Source of the DNA: Octopus vulgaris
Lineage: Eukaryota
Assembly (NCBI GenBank): GCA_951406725.2
Contig: OX597830.1
Coordinates: forward strand, 6,758,001 to 6,822,000
Direction of reading: 5' to 3'
Length of the DNA stretch: 64,000 nt
Numbering within the stretch: position 1 is the first letter of the stretch; each line of letters opens with the position of its first letter. Positions 1 to 13,015 of the stretch are shown piece after piece. The notes below the pieces were generated by a model, which searched no databases, was not told the DNA's origin, and saw only the letters and a program-made list of their open reading frames with translations. The position numbers and the translations under genes were made by a program.

Positions 1-38
1 GTGTGTGGATTTGTGTGTGTGTCTTTGTGTCTGTGTAT

Positions 39-225
39 TCCCTGTCATCCAGAATAAATGTAAATATACATTTCTTAGACTCTATTCCTCTGAAGGTAGA
101 CCATTGCGTCCGAAACATAAAAGCTTCTTTTTCTGCATTGTTAGAAACTTTTCTCATTTCTCATCTCATTCACTGATAATTCATTTTATTCTGAAATTAT
201 TTCCTGCCTTAACCGGAGAATATGA
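39..225 (+). mobile_element. Penelope-like terminal-repeat remnant with degenerate hammerhead-like core (copy 1 of an inverted pair)
   Basis: Aligns by eye to the reverse complement of 555-755; contains CTGAAGG-tagac-cattgc-gtcc-GAAAC at ~90-117. Penelope assignment is inference. Confidence 0.5.
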
Positions 226-554
226 ATTCAAAGACCAGATTTCATGAAAAGAAACTTTGTGCTAATGTCCCTAGCCCATCATCTCATACATAGTTAGACG
301 AGACTTCGGGGTTTTCTCCCCGACCTGTTTTGATCAATGTCTAGTATAGAGTTACATGTGTTTCCACCTTCAATGCAGATTGAACATTGATTCATTCAAA
401 ACTTCATAAACTAATAAGTAAGTATTGTGAAACCAAAAATTCATATTTGTATTGTTATGAAAACTGTCCGAAAGAGCAGAAGAATTTTACCCTTAAAGCG
501 GAGGAAACGTTCGATAAACTAGTCAAAGAAGTGGACCTCGTTTTATCGACAACA

Positions 555-755
555 GAATAATCTCTGATTAAGACATGAAAAATTTTCGGAATAAAATAAA
601 TTATTAGTGAATGAAATGAGAAATGAAGAATGTTTCTAACAATGCAGACAATGTTGTTTTTATGTTTTTGTTTCGGACGCAGTGGCCAACCTTCAGAAGA
701 GTACAAACTAAGACATTTGTATTTACATTGATCCTGCCATTCTGGATGGCAGGGT
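555..755 (-). mobile_element. Penelope-like terminal-repeat remnant (copy 2, inverted)
   Basis: Reverse complement reads CTGAAGGTTGGCCACTGCGTCCGAAAC...ctgcattgttagaaac, matching 39-225. A third, more decayed + copy lies at ~860-960. Confidence 0.5.
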
Positions 756-1235
756 GGGCAGTTACCCCGTTTTAGTCAGAAGCATTTGAGAAGTTTCTCC
801 TACTCGAACGAACACCGGCCTATCCAAAACGGCAGGTTCTATTTAAACACACATTTCTTTGACTGTATTCTTCTTTGGAATTCGCGCCTGAAACAAAGAT
901 TTCTAAAATTTCCTGCGTTGTTAGAAGCTTTTCTTATTTCTCATTTTCTTTATCATTCTATTTCTGTATGCAATGCTTCAAGCGAAATACAACGGTCATC
1001 TAAAATAAATTATGATAATCTACAGCGTGGGATATAATATAAACAAGAATAAATTAAAATAATGGAAAGCCTCACCTAAAGGACGATAACTCTCAAGAAA
1101 TGTAAGAGACATGAATAGATTCGAACAGAATGCGAACAGGGAAACACAGGCTGAGAATGGATTGACAGAGTTATGTTAACGTGCAAGCATACAACACACG
1201 GAAATATATAAACCCATACAGACACAGACACACAC

Positions 1236-1401
<166 letters not shown>

Positions 1402-1404
1402 TTA

Positions 1405-3343
1405 AGTTTCTTTATTGGCCACACAGGGCTGCACACAGATGGGACAAATTACAAGGTAGAGCTTTTCTTTTGTGGGATGAAAAAAACAAAAAAAAAAAAC
1501 AAACAAAAAAGTGGCGTAGGTTTTCGATCAAAAGGATCGTAAAAGGGTGAAAAAGAAAAAAAAAAGAAAAGAGAAAAGGAAAAAAAAGGAAAATAAAAAT
1601 AAAAAAGGAAGAAAAAAGAGGAAAAATGGGGGAGAGGAAAAAAAAAGATCAATAGGGATCGTGTATCATAGTGTCATGATGTACGGTGTAAAGGGGAAAG
1701 CAGATAAGGTTTATCCGTGCGAAGAAAAGCCTACGAAAAGGACCACGGTAACCTCGGTCAATATTGTTATATGTTACCACATTTGTTTGAAAGTGGGTAA
1801 CCCTCTGTTTTCAATTTCTGTGTTCATAGGATTATGATCAAGGTGGCTTCTTCATTCATACGTGCCATCCTTGCTACATTCACCCATCTTTTTTTAAAAC
1901 ATTCGCTAGACAAAACTTGCCTCTCTACTCTCACTTTCCTTTTCAAGTGGTACTTGAAGAAGTTGATGAGAAATTGACCAGAGAGGAAAGTGTTTGTCTC
2001 CAATCCTTTCAGACGCGTCCACCAGATATATTCTTTCGCCATAGCCACAAGGATGATGAAAATAGCTCTTCCTTCCCGTTTGAAGGAAGGAGGCGTGATA
2101 ATATTGACGATAGACTCAGCTGATAAACCGACTCGTCCCACACGTGACAGCAGTTGTTCCACATAAGCCCACGGGTCGGAAATTGTTGGACACTGCACGA
2201 GTGCGTGCAGGTCGGCCCCCGTGTTTCTCGAGCCGTGTCTGTAGAGCTTATCCCGAACGGGTAGCGCTTCTCGGTAGCACCGCCAGGCCAGGGATCTCTC
2301 GAAGTTGTCCATGGGCCCTGGCCCGAAATTCGTCCTGAACAGGCGGGTCAGGTACTCCTCGTCGACGTCCAGGTTCGCCCCGAGCTCGTCGTCGTACCTC
2401 CCCTCCACTAATCCCCTATAGAATATTTGGTTGTGTTGAAGTCACTCAAGGTCGACCCAGGACGGCAGGGTTGCTTGAGAGCAACGCGACACTCGCGGTG
2501 CCATTCGCCCTTCCTCGGCCTCTTTTTGACCCACGACTGCAGTTCGGTCATGGAGACGAGCTGCGGGAAAGCGTGCCTCACAAACGGCGACCACACCTGT
2601 TCACCGTCGTTTACGAAGAGCCTGAGATGTCGCAGTCTCAGCGCGTGTCTGCGCACCATCAATCACGGCATGCCCAGTCCTCCTTTTAACGGGTGTTGAC
2701 AGCAAATGGATCGCCTGACCATCGGGACGCATCCTTTCCACAAGAAGCGAAAGAGAATGCGTTCTAGTTTGGTGATGGTAGGGTCGGGACAAGGAACGAC
2801 GGTCAAGCGGTAGTAGATGACGGATGCGATGTACGTGTTCGTCACCTCCGCCCGATCTTTTAGGGACAGATTCCTCTCGGCCCATTGCCGGGCGAGAGTG
2901 ACCACCCTACTCGTTATCTCGTTCCAGTTATTCTCCACTTGGAGGTCCGGACCAAACCAGGCCCCGAGCAACTGAACCGGGCCGTCGGTCCAGCGTCCCA
3001 CGACGGAGGCGCTGGTGGACGGCATGGGCTTGCTTCTCCAGCTGCCTAGTCGCAAGCCCACTGACTTTTCCCGGTTGATTTTCGCTCCTGTCACCGCTTC
3101 GTAGTTTTTCAGTGTCTCGCCGACCTGCTCGATGTGCTCGTGGCTAGACACTATGATGGTGATCGTCCGCGTATGCAGACACGCTCGTCCCGCATCCCAG
3201 TTCTCGCGGGATGCCCCTCAAAGTTGCCAGCTTCCGCAATAATGGCTCGAGAGTCAATTCATATAGAAGCGACGAGAGGGGGCATCCCTGACGGACCGAA
3301 CGTGCGATGTCGAAAGGTCTCGATAGATGTCCATTTACGCGAA
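1405..3343 (-). mobile_element. 5'-truncated L1/Tx1-clade non-LTR retrotransposon (frameshifted RT and C-terminal region, 3' UTR)
   Basis: Minus-strand ORFs give RSVRQGCPLSSLLYELTLEPL, SAYADD, GAKINREKS, LFRFLWKG...GGLGMP, AWRCYREALPVRDKL and HALVQCP, typical of L1/Tx1 ORF2. The 3' end carries AATAAA. Confidence 0.92.
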
Positions 3344-3344
3344 G

Positions 3345-3618
<274 letters not shown>

Positions 3619-4058
3619 AACGTAATGGTCGTTAGAGAAAAGTTATGACAAAAAGTGTGTCGTTAAAATCATAATCAATATGTTTGATAAACACAAACAT
3701 ATATTTAGCAAGTTTAGCACAATATAACCCGTTTATAAATCACAGTAAGTCCGTGAGAGGAGAGTGCGACCAGCGACCGGCTGGCTTCTTCATTCATAAA
3801 TCATAACAAGGATTAGCTTTCATTTTACTCCCAATTACCAGTATTGAGTACATTTTTAATTTGTTTGCTACCACGCAAACTATGCATGCATTAGTATATA
3901 TATACATGTGTGTGTCTATGTATGTATGTATGTATGTATGTATGTATATATATGTGTGCATGTGTGCGTGTGTCTGTAAATATAAATGTACATGTATGTG
4001 TGCATGTATTCATATATACACAGTGTATGCAAGGACTGCATATATAAGCACACAAACG

Positions 4059-4099
<41 letters not shown>

Positions 4100-4191
4100 G
4101 CACATACATGTATATATTTATATATGTGTGTGTTTTTGCATATATATATGTATGTATATATATGTCTTTATCTCTGTATGTATGTTTAAAT

Positions 4192-4234
<43 letters not shown>

Positions 4235-4516
4235 CACACAGATAAAAATAGATAGATAGATAAATAGATAGACAGATAGACAGACAGACCCGCAGACCAA
4301 AGCGCTCTCAAACACACAAATGCGCATACATATATATACACGCATATACACGTATATATATATATATATACACGTATATATATATATATATATATATATA
4401 CACGTATATATATATATATTCATATATACATACATGTGTATATGTATGCATGTATGTATGTATGTATATGTATGTATGTGTATGTATGCATGTGTATGTT
4501 TGTGCACGTATGCGTC

Positions 4517-4548
<32 letters not shown>

Positions 4549-4559
4549 CACATATATTC

Positions 4560-4607
<48 letters not shown>

Positions 4608-4844
4608 GGGCGGTCGGGCGGTTGTCAGAAGGAGGAAAGAAGAGCGGTAGGCGGAGAGCGTAAATAGAAGTATGGCGTCAGAGGTTGGCAAGCTGAGATG
4701 GCAGCGTCTGTTGCAGGCAGGCCCCGGCGCCAGCTGCAACGAACTGCTTCTACAGAGGAGAAACAGCTTAAGACCAAATGAATGCTCTAACGCAAACCGA
4801 ACCAACCCGAATAACAAAAGCCGAATGGCCTACAGCCCACTGCA

Positions 4845-4880
<36 letters not shown>

Positions 4881-5187
4881 TCTGTCTTTCTTTCAGAATC
4901 TCCAATGGTCTTCCGCTTTTTCTCTCTATCATAGTCTCACTATCTTTCTTTTAATGTCTCACCGTCAGACGCTCTCTCACTTTCCCTCTCTGTCTCTCCC
5001 TCACGCTCTTTCTGACTCAGCTATTCTCTCTTTCACCCACTCCCTCTCTTTCTTTATTACTGTCTATTCTGACAATGTCCACTCTCTATAACACTTTGCA
5101 CCTCTCTCTCTCTCCCTCACCGCTCTCCGTCTTTCTCCAACACGTCCTGTCTGCTGTTTCGGTGCCTCTCTGTCACAATTGATCACA

Positions 5188-5252
<65 letters not shown>

Positions 5253-5744
5253 ATATATATATACACACTCACACATACACACATACACACATACAGTATC
5301 GCCTCACACACACGCAATCATTCTCAAACTCAATATTCGTTTCCTTTGTGCAACATTTCTTATTCGCTCTGGGTCACACCTTACTTCTCTATTTACATTT
5401 ATAAATTAATATACATTCGTGCACGGACACACACACAGAAATTATATATACACATAGGTATATAGGCGCGTGTTAGTATTTGAATGCGTTGAAGAATATA
5501 TAGATAAGACTCTAGTTTCTGAAGTACGCGAAGACACACAGACACAAGGATATATATATATATACATATATATCTAAATTAGAAAAAAAAAACACTTTTT
5601 ATCAATTCAAAATGAAAATTAAATTACACCATCTAGGAAATTACATATAATAGAAATATTAAATATAAGATAAAAATATAACGATGATTAAGTAATGTGC
5701 AAAATAATCAGTAAAAATAAATAAAACGTATATATTTGGTAGAA

Positions 5745-5838
5745 TATCGACACGTGTTTCGTGGCTATATTTAAGAAATGATGATAGTAAAAATATTAGT
5801 AGTACTAGTAAAATCACTTCAATATATAGCCACTCCTA
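5745..5838 (-). ncRNA. Truncated hammerhead-ribozyme-like motif (CUGANGA lost)
   Basis: Minus strand: GAG-tggctatat...atatagcca-C-GAAA-C-ACGT-G-TC. Long stem II and palindromic stem III are present; the 5' core is replaced by microsatellite. Confidence 0.45.
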
Positions 5839-5853
5839 TACATATATATATAA

Positions 5854-5906
<53 letters not shown>

Positions 5907-6325
5907 CACATATATATATATGTGTGTGTGTATGTGTATATATATAAATGCATGTGTGTGTGAATGAATTTATATAGATAGATAGATACATTCATAAACA
6001 ATGGTGCGAAAGAAGATGAGATAAATAGCACTTGAGTACCATGGGTAGAGTAATATGGTACTTTTATTGAAGCTGAAAATCAACTTCACAAAATGTTACG
6101 CAGAGTTGTGTGCATGTACGTATGTGTGTGTGTGTGTGGCTAAGGGCTTTTCCAAGCCGTAGGATTATAAGACAGCGTTGTCGGATTCTCGAAAATATCC
6201 TCTAATTTGACGGGACACATGTTCATCGCAGGATAAACCATTTTCGCCGGCAGAGTTTTACGCCTATCAGTCCAACATACTAAACCACTCACTTGCATAC
6301 ACACACACATGATATATATATATAT

Positions 6326-6495
6326 AGCTCCTACACGTATTTTTTTCTCTCCTTTTTTTTTCTGTATATCTTTCTGTCGAAGAGCGTAGGCTCGAAACGT
6401 AAAAAACTTGTTCTATTCCTGAGCGCTATACTAATACATTTGTTTGTTTTGTACACCACCTGCCTTCGTCTTTTGTTTATTTTCATAAACTTTCC

Positions 6496-6500
<5 letters not shown>
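6326..6500 (+). mobile_element. Short non-autonomous repeat with hammerhead-like motif (family also at ~35270-35440 +, ~55760-56055 -, ~58345-58450 -)
   Basis: The motif GAAGAGCGTAGGCTCGAAACGT (with 1-2 substitutions) recurs in all four copies, and the downstream CCTGAGCG...CACCTGCCTTCGTCTTTTG segment recurs in three. Confidence 0.7.
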
Positions 6501-6550
<50 letters not shown>

Positions 6551-6577
6551 GGAGATGTGGAACATGAGTTGTGATAT

Positions 6578-6844
6578 ATAAAAAAAGGATAAGAAAATGC
6601 TGACAAAAAATTTAAGTAATGCAGAGTGTATTTAATTAGGTGAAAACGCATTTGTTATGCTTATCAAAAGATATTTTGAGTGAGATAGAGTTCCTCTGAT
6701 TGATTTTTTCTCTTATCAGATAAGAGAAAAAATCAATCATATCTCACTCATCTTTTGATGCGCAAATGCGCGTAAAAAGAACTTTCACCTAATTAAATAC
6801 ACTCTCCCTTACTTAAATTATTTTGTCAGCATTTTCTGCATTTC

Positions 6845-6852
<8 letters not shown>
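6578..6852. repeat. ~270-bp imperfect palindrome (hairpin)
   Basis: Centre GATTGATTTTTTCTCTTATC-A-GATAAGAGAAAAAATCAATC; outer arms GAAAATGCTGACAAAA...GAGTGTATTTAATTAGGTGAAA and its reverse complement. Confidence 0.9.
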
Positions 6853-6889
<37 letters not shown>

Positions 6890-6892
<3 letters not shown>

Positions 6893-8055
6893 AGTTGGCA
6901 GGAAAGTAATTTTGTTTTTTTAGTGTGAAATATAAGTCATTCGTTTTCATGCAAAGAATGAACTTAAATCAATTATACATTTTTTATTTTGTTCAATGAC
7001 CTTTTGCCATCTTTCTGGCAAATTCATGATTCCGCTCTCATTGAACTTCTGGTCCTTATCAGCCAAAAACTGAAGCAAACGTGATTTCAGGTCATCATCA
7101 TCATCGAAATGTTTTGCCATTCTAAGAATTTTGCAAACTTCTAAATAAACGGTTATCTGATGGCGCAAGAATAGAGCTATATGGTGGATGTGACATCTCT
7201 TCTCAACCAAGCTCCAATGATTGTTCACGAGTTAGCAAAGCAGTGTTTGGATCTAGCGTTGTCATAGTGAAACACAACTCCTTTACGATTTGCCAATTCA
7301 GGCAGTTTTTCTTTGATTGCTTCCTCCAGTTTCATTAGTTGTTGACAGTAAACATCTGAATTGATCATTTGGGTTCTTGGAAGCGGCTCAAAATACACAT
7401 CTTTGAAATCCCACCAAATTGGCAGCATGACATTTTTTATGCAATTCAGCCTTCAATGTGGTTTGTGCTGGTTCATTATTCTTAGACCAAGATCGTTTTC
7501 GATTGATGCCATTTTAAACAATTCATTTTTTCATCACCAGTGATGATTCGTTTCAAAAAGAGGTCGGTTTCATTGCGCTTGAGATACATATCGCAAATAT
7601 TCAGTTTATGTGGGACTCAAATATCGAGCTACATTTAGTCTCTCTGCAATCAGATTCAATTATGGCTTTGATTCGGTCATCATCAACTTCAGTAGGATGA
7701 CCAGAACGTTGGTCAACTTTGAATGAAAAATCTCCAGAACGGAATTTTTAAAACCATTTCTGACATGTGCGTTCTCTTAAGCAATCAACACCATAAACTT
7801 CATATATCTCTTTGTGAGCCTTAGCAGCTTTCTTATCATTACAGAAATAAAAACGCAAAATATGGCAAAAATGTTCGTTTTTGCATTCTATGTTAAAATT
7901 GACATTAAGCTAACAGTTGCAAACAAAATTACGCGCAATTTCCTTGTAAAGTAAGCTAAACGTAACGGTTATCAAATGTCTAAAGGAAAAAAATCATAAC
8001 ATCCTAAAATCTTCGTAACTCTTTTTGTGAAAAACGAAATTACAGCCTTGCCAAC

Positions 8056-8059
<4 letters not shown>
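6890..8059 (-). mobile_element. Near full-length decayed mariner DNA transposon
   Basis: TIRs TTGAGTTGGCAGGAAAGTAATTT / GAAATTACAGCCTTGCCAACACAA in TA context. Transposase remnants WWDFK, INSDVYCQQL, VVFHYDNARS, LPERWQKVIEQN; many frameshifts. Confidence 0.92.
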
Positions 8060-8132
<73 letters not shown>

Positions 8133-8291
8133 TTAAAAGACTGACCACTAAAAGTGGACGGTCAACATGCTAGATATAGACGTCAAATCGCTATTTTCCA
8201 CAAAGAATATGTTCTCAAATAAAAACTCGGCACCGACAGAAGCATTAAAAATAAGCAAGACAAATGAAAATATACGAAATAAAAATGATTA

Positions 8292-8358
8292 CCCATGTAC
8301 CGATCAGTTTCGATTGTTAATATCCGCAAGGATAAACTGCAATCTCGTCAGTATGGTC
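8292..8358 (-). ncRNA. Type I hammerhead ribozyme motif
   Basis: Minus strand: ccata-CTGACGA-GATTG...CAATC-GAAA-CTGATCGG-TA-catgg. Canonical core, 5-bp stem II, near-palindromic stem III, stem I with one A-C mismatch. Confidence 0.7.
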
Positions 8359-8683
8359 TGTCATATAGAAATACAATTTGCAGGACTAGATGCAAAAACG
8401 TTTGACCGGAGTCTCGCATGCATGGAGTCCAAGCGATTATATTTTTGTGTATCTTTCAAATGCCTTCACTTTGGCGCGCTGAGATCGGAAAAACTACCCT
8501 GCAGCTAATAAGCAGCAGCAGTCAGTTTGCCGGTTAGAGAACGTATTTATTTAATTTAAAATTTAATAAGGGTAGAAATTGATATTAATCAATTAAAAAA
8601 ATCCGAAGATTAAAATATTTTTACATACAAATTTAAAGAACTTATGAGTTTATTTGGTGGACAGAAACTGAAAGAAGCCCGTC

Positions 8684-8769
<86 letters not shown>

Positions 8770-8878
8770 TGTGTAGGGGTTATATGTGTTTGTGTGTCTA
8801 TCCCTCACCATCGCTTGACAACCGATGCTGGTGTGTTTACGTCCCAGTAAATTATCGGTTCGGTAACAGAGTCCGATA

Positions 8879-8960
<82 letters not shown>

Positions 8961-9261
8961 AAAGGTTCCTACTTCCTGTACTCCGAGTTGCTCGTTTCCG
9001 ACCATCAGCTGGAAAACTGAGGTTGGGTTTTATTTTTGAATATCCAACGTCTGGATATATTTTGAAGCAGGGAATGAAAGTTCGAATGAAGCGCTAATCT
9101 TCCTGTTTTTTCATTTAAAAACCTTTGCGAACGACACGTGCGAAAACGGTCGCTCCGATTCACATACATACACACACACACAGACACACACAGACTCCCC
9201 CCCCCTCCACACACACACACATATATATATATATAGTAGCTTACAGGAATGAATACAAATG

Positions 9262-9434
9262 TAACAATTTTGATGACTGCATAAATGATAAACAGAACGC
9301 TATTAAGTATTTTTAAAAAACCATTTGTAGATCCGACTTCAAAGGCAGACACTTTGACGTCGGATCTACTAACGGTTTTTTTTAAATACTTAATAGCGTT
9401 CTGTTCATCATGTATGCAGTCATCTTAATTGTTA
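9262..9434. repeat. ~170-bp imperfect palindrome (hairpin)
   Basis: Arms of about 80 bp (GATGACTGCATA...GTAGATCCGACTTCAAAG / CTTTGACGTCGGATCTAC...TATGCAGTCATC) around a 7-nt loop. Confidence 0.92.
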
Positions 9435-9465
9435 TAATGTCTTGTTGTTGAGATAGGTTCCCTTT

Positions 9466-9549
9466 CTTTCCTGATGAGAAGATATGTTTTTAACACCCTT
9501 TATTCCTTTGGAATAAAACCAATGTTGTCTTCGAAACATATGTCGAAAG
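9466..9549 (+). ncRNA. Canonical type I hammerhead ribozyme with palindromic stem III
   Basis: CTTTC-CTGATGA-GAAGA...TCTTC-GAAA-CATATG-TC-GAAAG. Perfect 5-bp stem I and stem II, all core nucleotides present, GUC cleavage triplet ending at 9544. Confidence 0.82.
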
Positions 9550-9635
9550 TAAAAGAATTTGAATAGCATCTGCGTTCAACTCCATTTATTTACTTATATA
9601 TATATATATATAGTGAGAGAGAGAGAGAGAAAGAG

Positions 9636-9698
<63 letters not shown>

Positions 9699-9924
9699 AA
9701 ATGTATACATAAATATATATATGATATGTATATATATAAATATATAGGGAGAGAGAGAAAGAGAGAGAGAGTGATGTGTGTGTGCGTGTGTGTTTACATA
9801 CATTTTACGTACCGCAATAACTTCTACAACTTTCATCCGATTTCTCTAAAACTTTATACACCGCTGCTCCGTATCCCAGACTCGAACATAGGCTACTTAG
9901 ATTTTTTTTAATTGATTAGCACAC

Positions 9925-10244
9925 TAGTATAGAGGGCTTTGACGGGAGCCATCATCAACAAAAAATGGTGGTTTGCCCTCAAGAGAGCAGTAAAAGCAGA
10001 AGCGATTAGGTACAGCAAAACACTAGCCATAGATAGAAATAGAATAGAGGGTGAGCTAGTTAAGAAGCAAGAAGGGGCAATTAGAAGCGGCATCGCATCC
10101 GACGTTTTGGCGGCGAGGTTGGCCCTCAACCAACACTTCAACGCCAAACACGAAGGGTCTGCTGTCAGAGCTAGGATGCGTGCTCTAAGGAGCGAAGGTG
10201 TTGGAGTCGCTAGAGAGTCCCGAGTGGCAGAGGCGCAACGGGGC

Positions 10245-10245
<1 letters not shown>
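9925..10245 (+). mobile_element. L1/Tx1 ORF2 internal fragment (between endonuclease and RT)
   Basis: WWFALKRAVKAEAIRYSK...HEGSAVRARMR resembles the L1/Tx1 tower region. GC-rich like the 1405-3343 copy and ends abruptly in (GATA)n. Confidence 0.7.
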
Positions 10246-10319
<74 letters not shown>

Positions 10320-10834
10320 AGACATGAAATGAACTAGCAAAAATAACTCACACTGGCTAGTGACATGCATTGAAATAGACACGAATAAAGATATATTAAA
10401 TACCAAAGAAAACAGATTTGTGATTTATAGAAATTATTTCCCCTTACAGACATGACAGAACAATCGATTGGTGGCAACAGGGACCAACTCTAAATGAGAA
10501 ACAACAATTTTCTAAAATGGATTTGTCATTCAAGAGAACAGTGTCTGCATTTGGGGAGAAGAAAAAATGTTATTGTTTGCAAGTGTTTTGCCGCAATCAG
10601 CGTCATCAGCACAGCTGTTCAAGGGCATTTACTAACGAAGAAGAAGAAGAAGAAGAAGAAGAAGAAGAAGAAGAAGAAGAAGAAGAAGAAGAAGAAGAAG
10701 AAGAAGAAGAAGAAGAGTAGATATATACGAAAAATAAGTGAACTTGTTCTATGGCAGAAGTAATTTGCATAAACGGCACGAAAATGAGCTAAGAGAAAAA
10801 TTGAGAGTGGCCAGTGGCGTAAATACATACATAT

Positions 10835-10971
<137 letters not shown>

Positions 10972-11604
10972 CACAACCACACACATGGAGAGAGAGAAAG
11001 AGAGAGAAAATGAGGGGGGCGATAGATAAATAGACAGATACCTACACATGTATGTATATACATAGAGAGAAAGACAGACAGACAGAGCGAGGGCAGGCGC
11101 GATAGATACATACGCAAATACACACACACATATGTGGGCCCATATATATATACATATATATATATATATATGTTTATACATTTATTCGCTTTTGTATGTA
11201 AACACATGTGCATATATTTGCAATAGTCATATACATTGAAATCGATCCCCCGTCTCTCGTACTGCTAATTATTTTTATTACCGATACAGGATATTTTTTA
11301 TAGTATTTTTAATGTAATTATAATTGTCATAATGGAGGCCGCCACCATAATTATGCACACATATATTTAAATATATATACACATGCAGCTACATATATGT
11401 AATATATACGAACATATAGATAAATAGATAATAGAAATGTATGTATACATATATATATATACATGTACGTGTGTGTGTGTCTGTGTGCGCGTGCTTAGAA
11501 TTAGTTTTCAATTACTCTCCTAACTCGTAGCCACCATATATCTTCAGGCTTTTCCACAAACTACTCCTACTCAGAAGAATACAACGAATGGTCATGATGT
11601 TGAA

Positions 11605-11642
<38 letters not shown>

Positions 11643-11643
11643 C

Positions 11644-11694
<51 letters not shown>

Positions 11695-11703
11695 AATGAT
11701 GAC

Positions 11704-11743
<40 letters not shown>

Positions 11744-11847
11744 GTATAAGGAATTCCTGGTGTAAATATCTATCGAACACCACTCATTCGCTCACACATT
11801 CACAATCCGTATATATACATATATATATATGTAGGTATATATGTATT

Positions 11848-11909
<62 letters not shown>

Positions 11910-12002
11910 TATATGTGTGGGCATACATATGTATATATATATATATATATAAATATATGTACACATATATACATATACATATGCATATGCATATAAATAC
12001 AG

Positions 12003-12041
<39 letters not shown>

Positions 12042-12689
12042 GTGGTGATAGGAATAACTATTTGTGTAAATGTGTATATGTATATACATATAATGTAGTT
12101 ATTACCCTACACACACTCACATTCTAACACGCAGCGAATTACACCACGATAATAAACATGTTTTAGTATCTGTGTGTATGGTTGTGTGAATGTGTGTACG
12201 TATGTGTGTGAGTGTGTGAATATATATATATATATGTTTGTGTGTGTGTGTATGCCTGTGTGTACCGAAAAAGGAAAATTGTACACACAATAGATATCAT
12301 AAAATGAGATGTAGACTTATTGTTAGAGGCTGAAAAGTTATTCTGTCCAACGACGTTCCTTGAGGCCATTGGGAAACTGTTAGCCAGAAATGTGTGTGTT
12401 TGTGTGTGTGTGAGTATGTGAGTATGTGAGGATGTGGGTGTGTGTGTATGTGAATTTTTGTACAAGGCATTCATATACACACATATGCACATACCCGCAA
12501 ATGTATATGCTTACATACAGTATTACGGATACACACATGCACACACACACGCACACACACACACACACACGCACACACACACACACAGTACACACGCGTA
12601 CACATAAACATAAGCACTTGGCGTTTAGATGAAATACATCTGATTTTCTATAAGTGTATATTTACTCATGTGCGCCCGCAGACACACAC

Positions 12690-12788
<99 letters not shown>

Positions 12789-12959
12789 ATATAATATATA
12801 TATATGTGTGTGTATTGTGTGTGTGTTTTGTGTGTTTGTGTCTGTGTATATATGTATATATATATATATGTATGTATGTATGTATATATATATATATATA
12901 TAACAAAATAAAGCATATGCGTATATACATACATATATGTACATACCTACATCTATATG

Positions 12960-13014
<55 letters not shown>

Positions 13015-13015
<1 letters not shown>

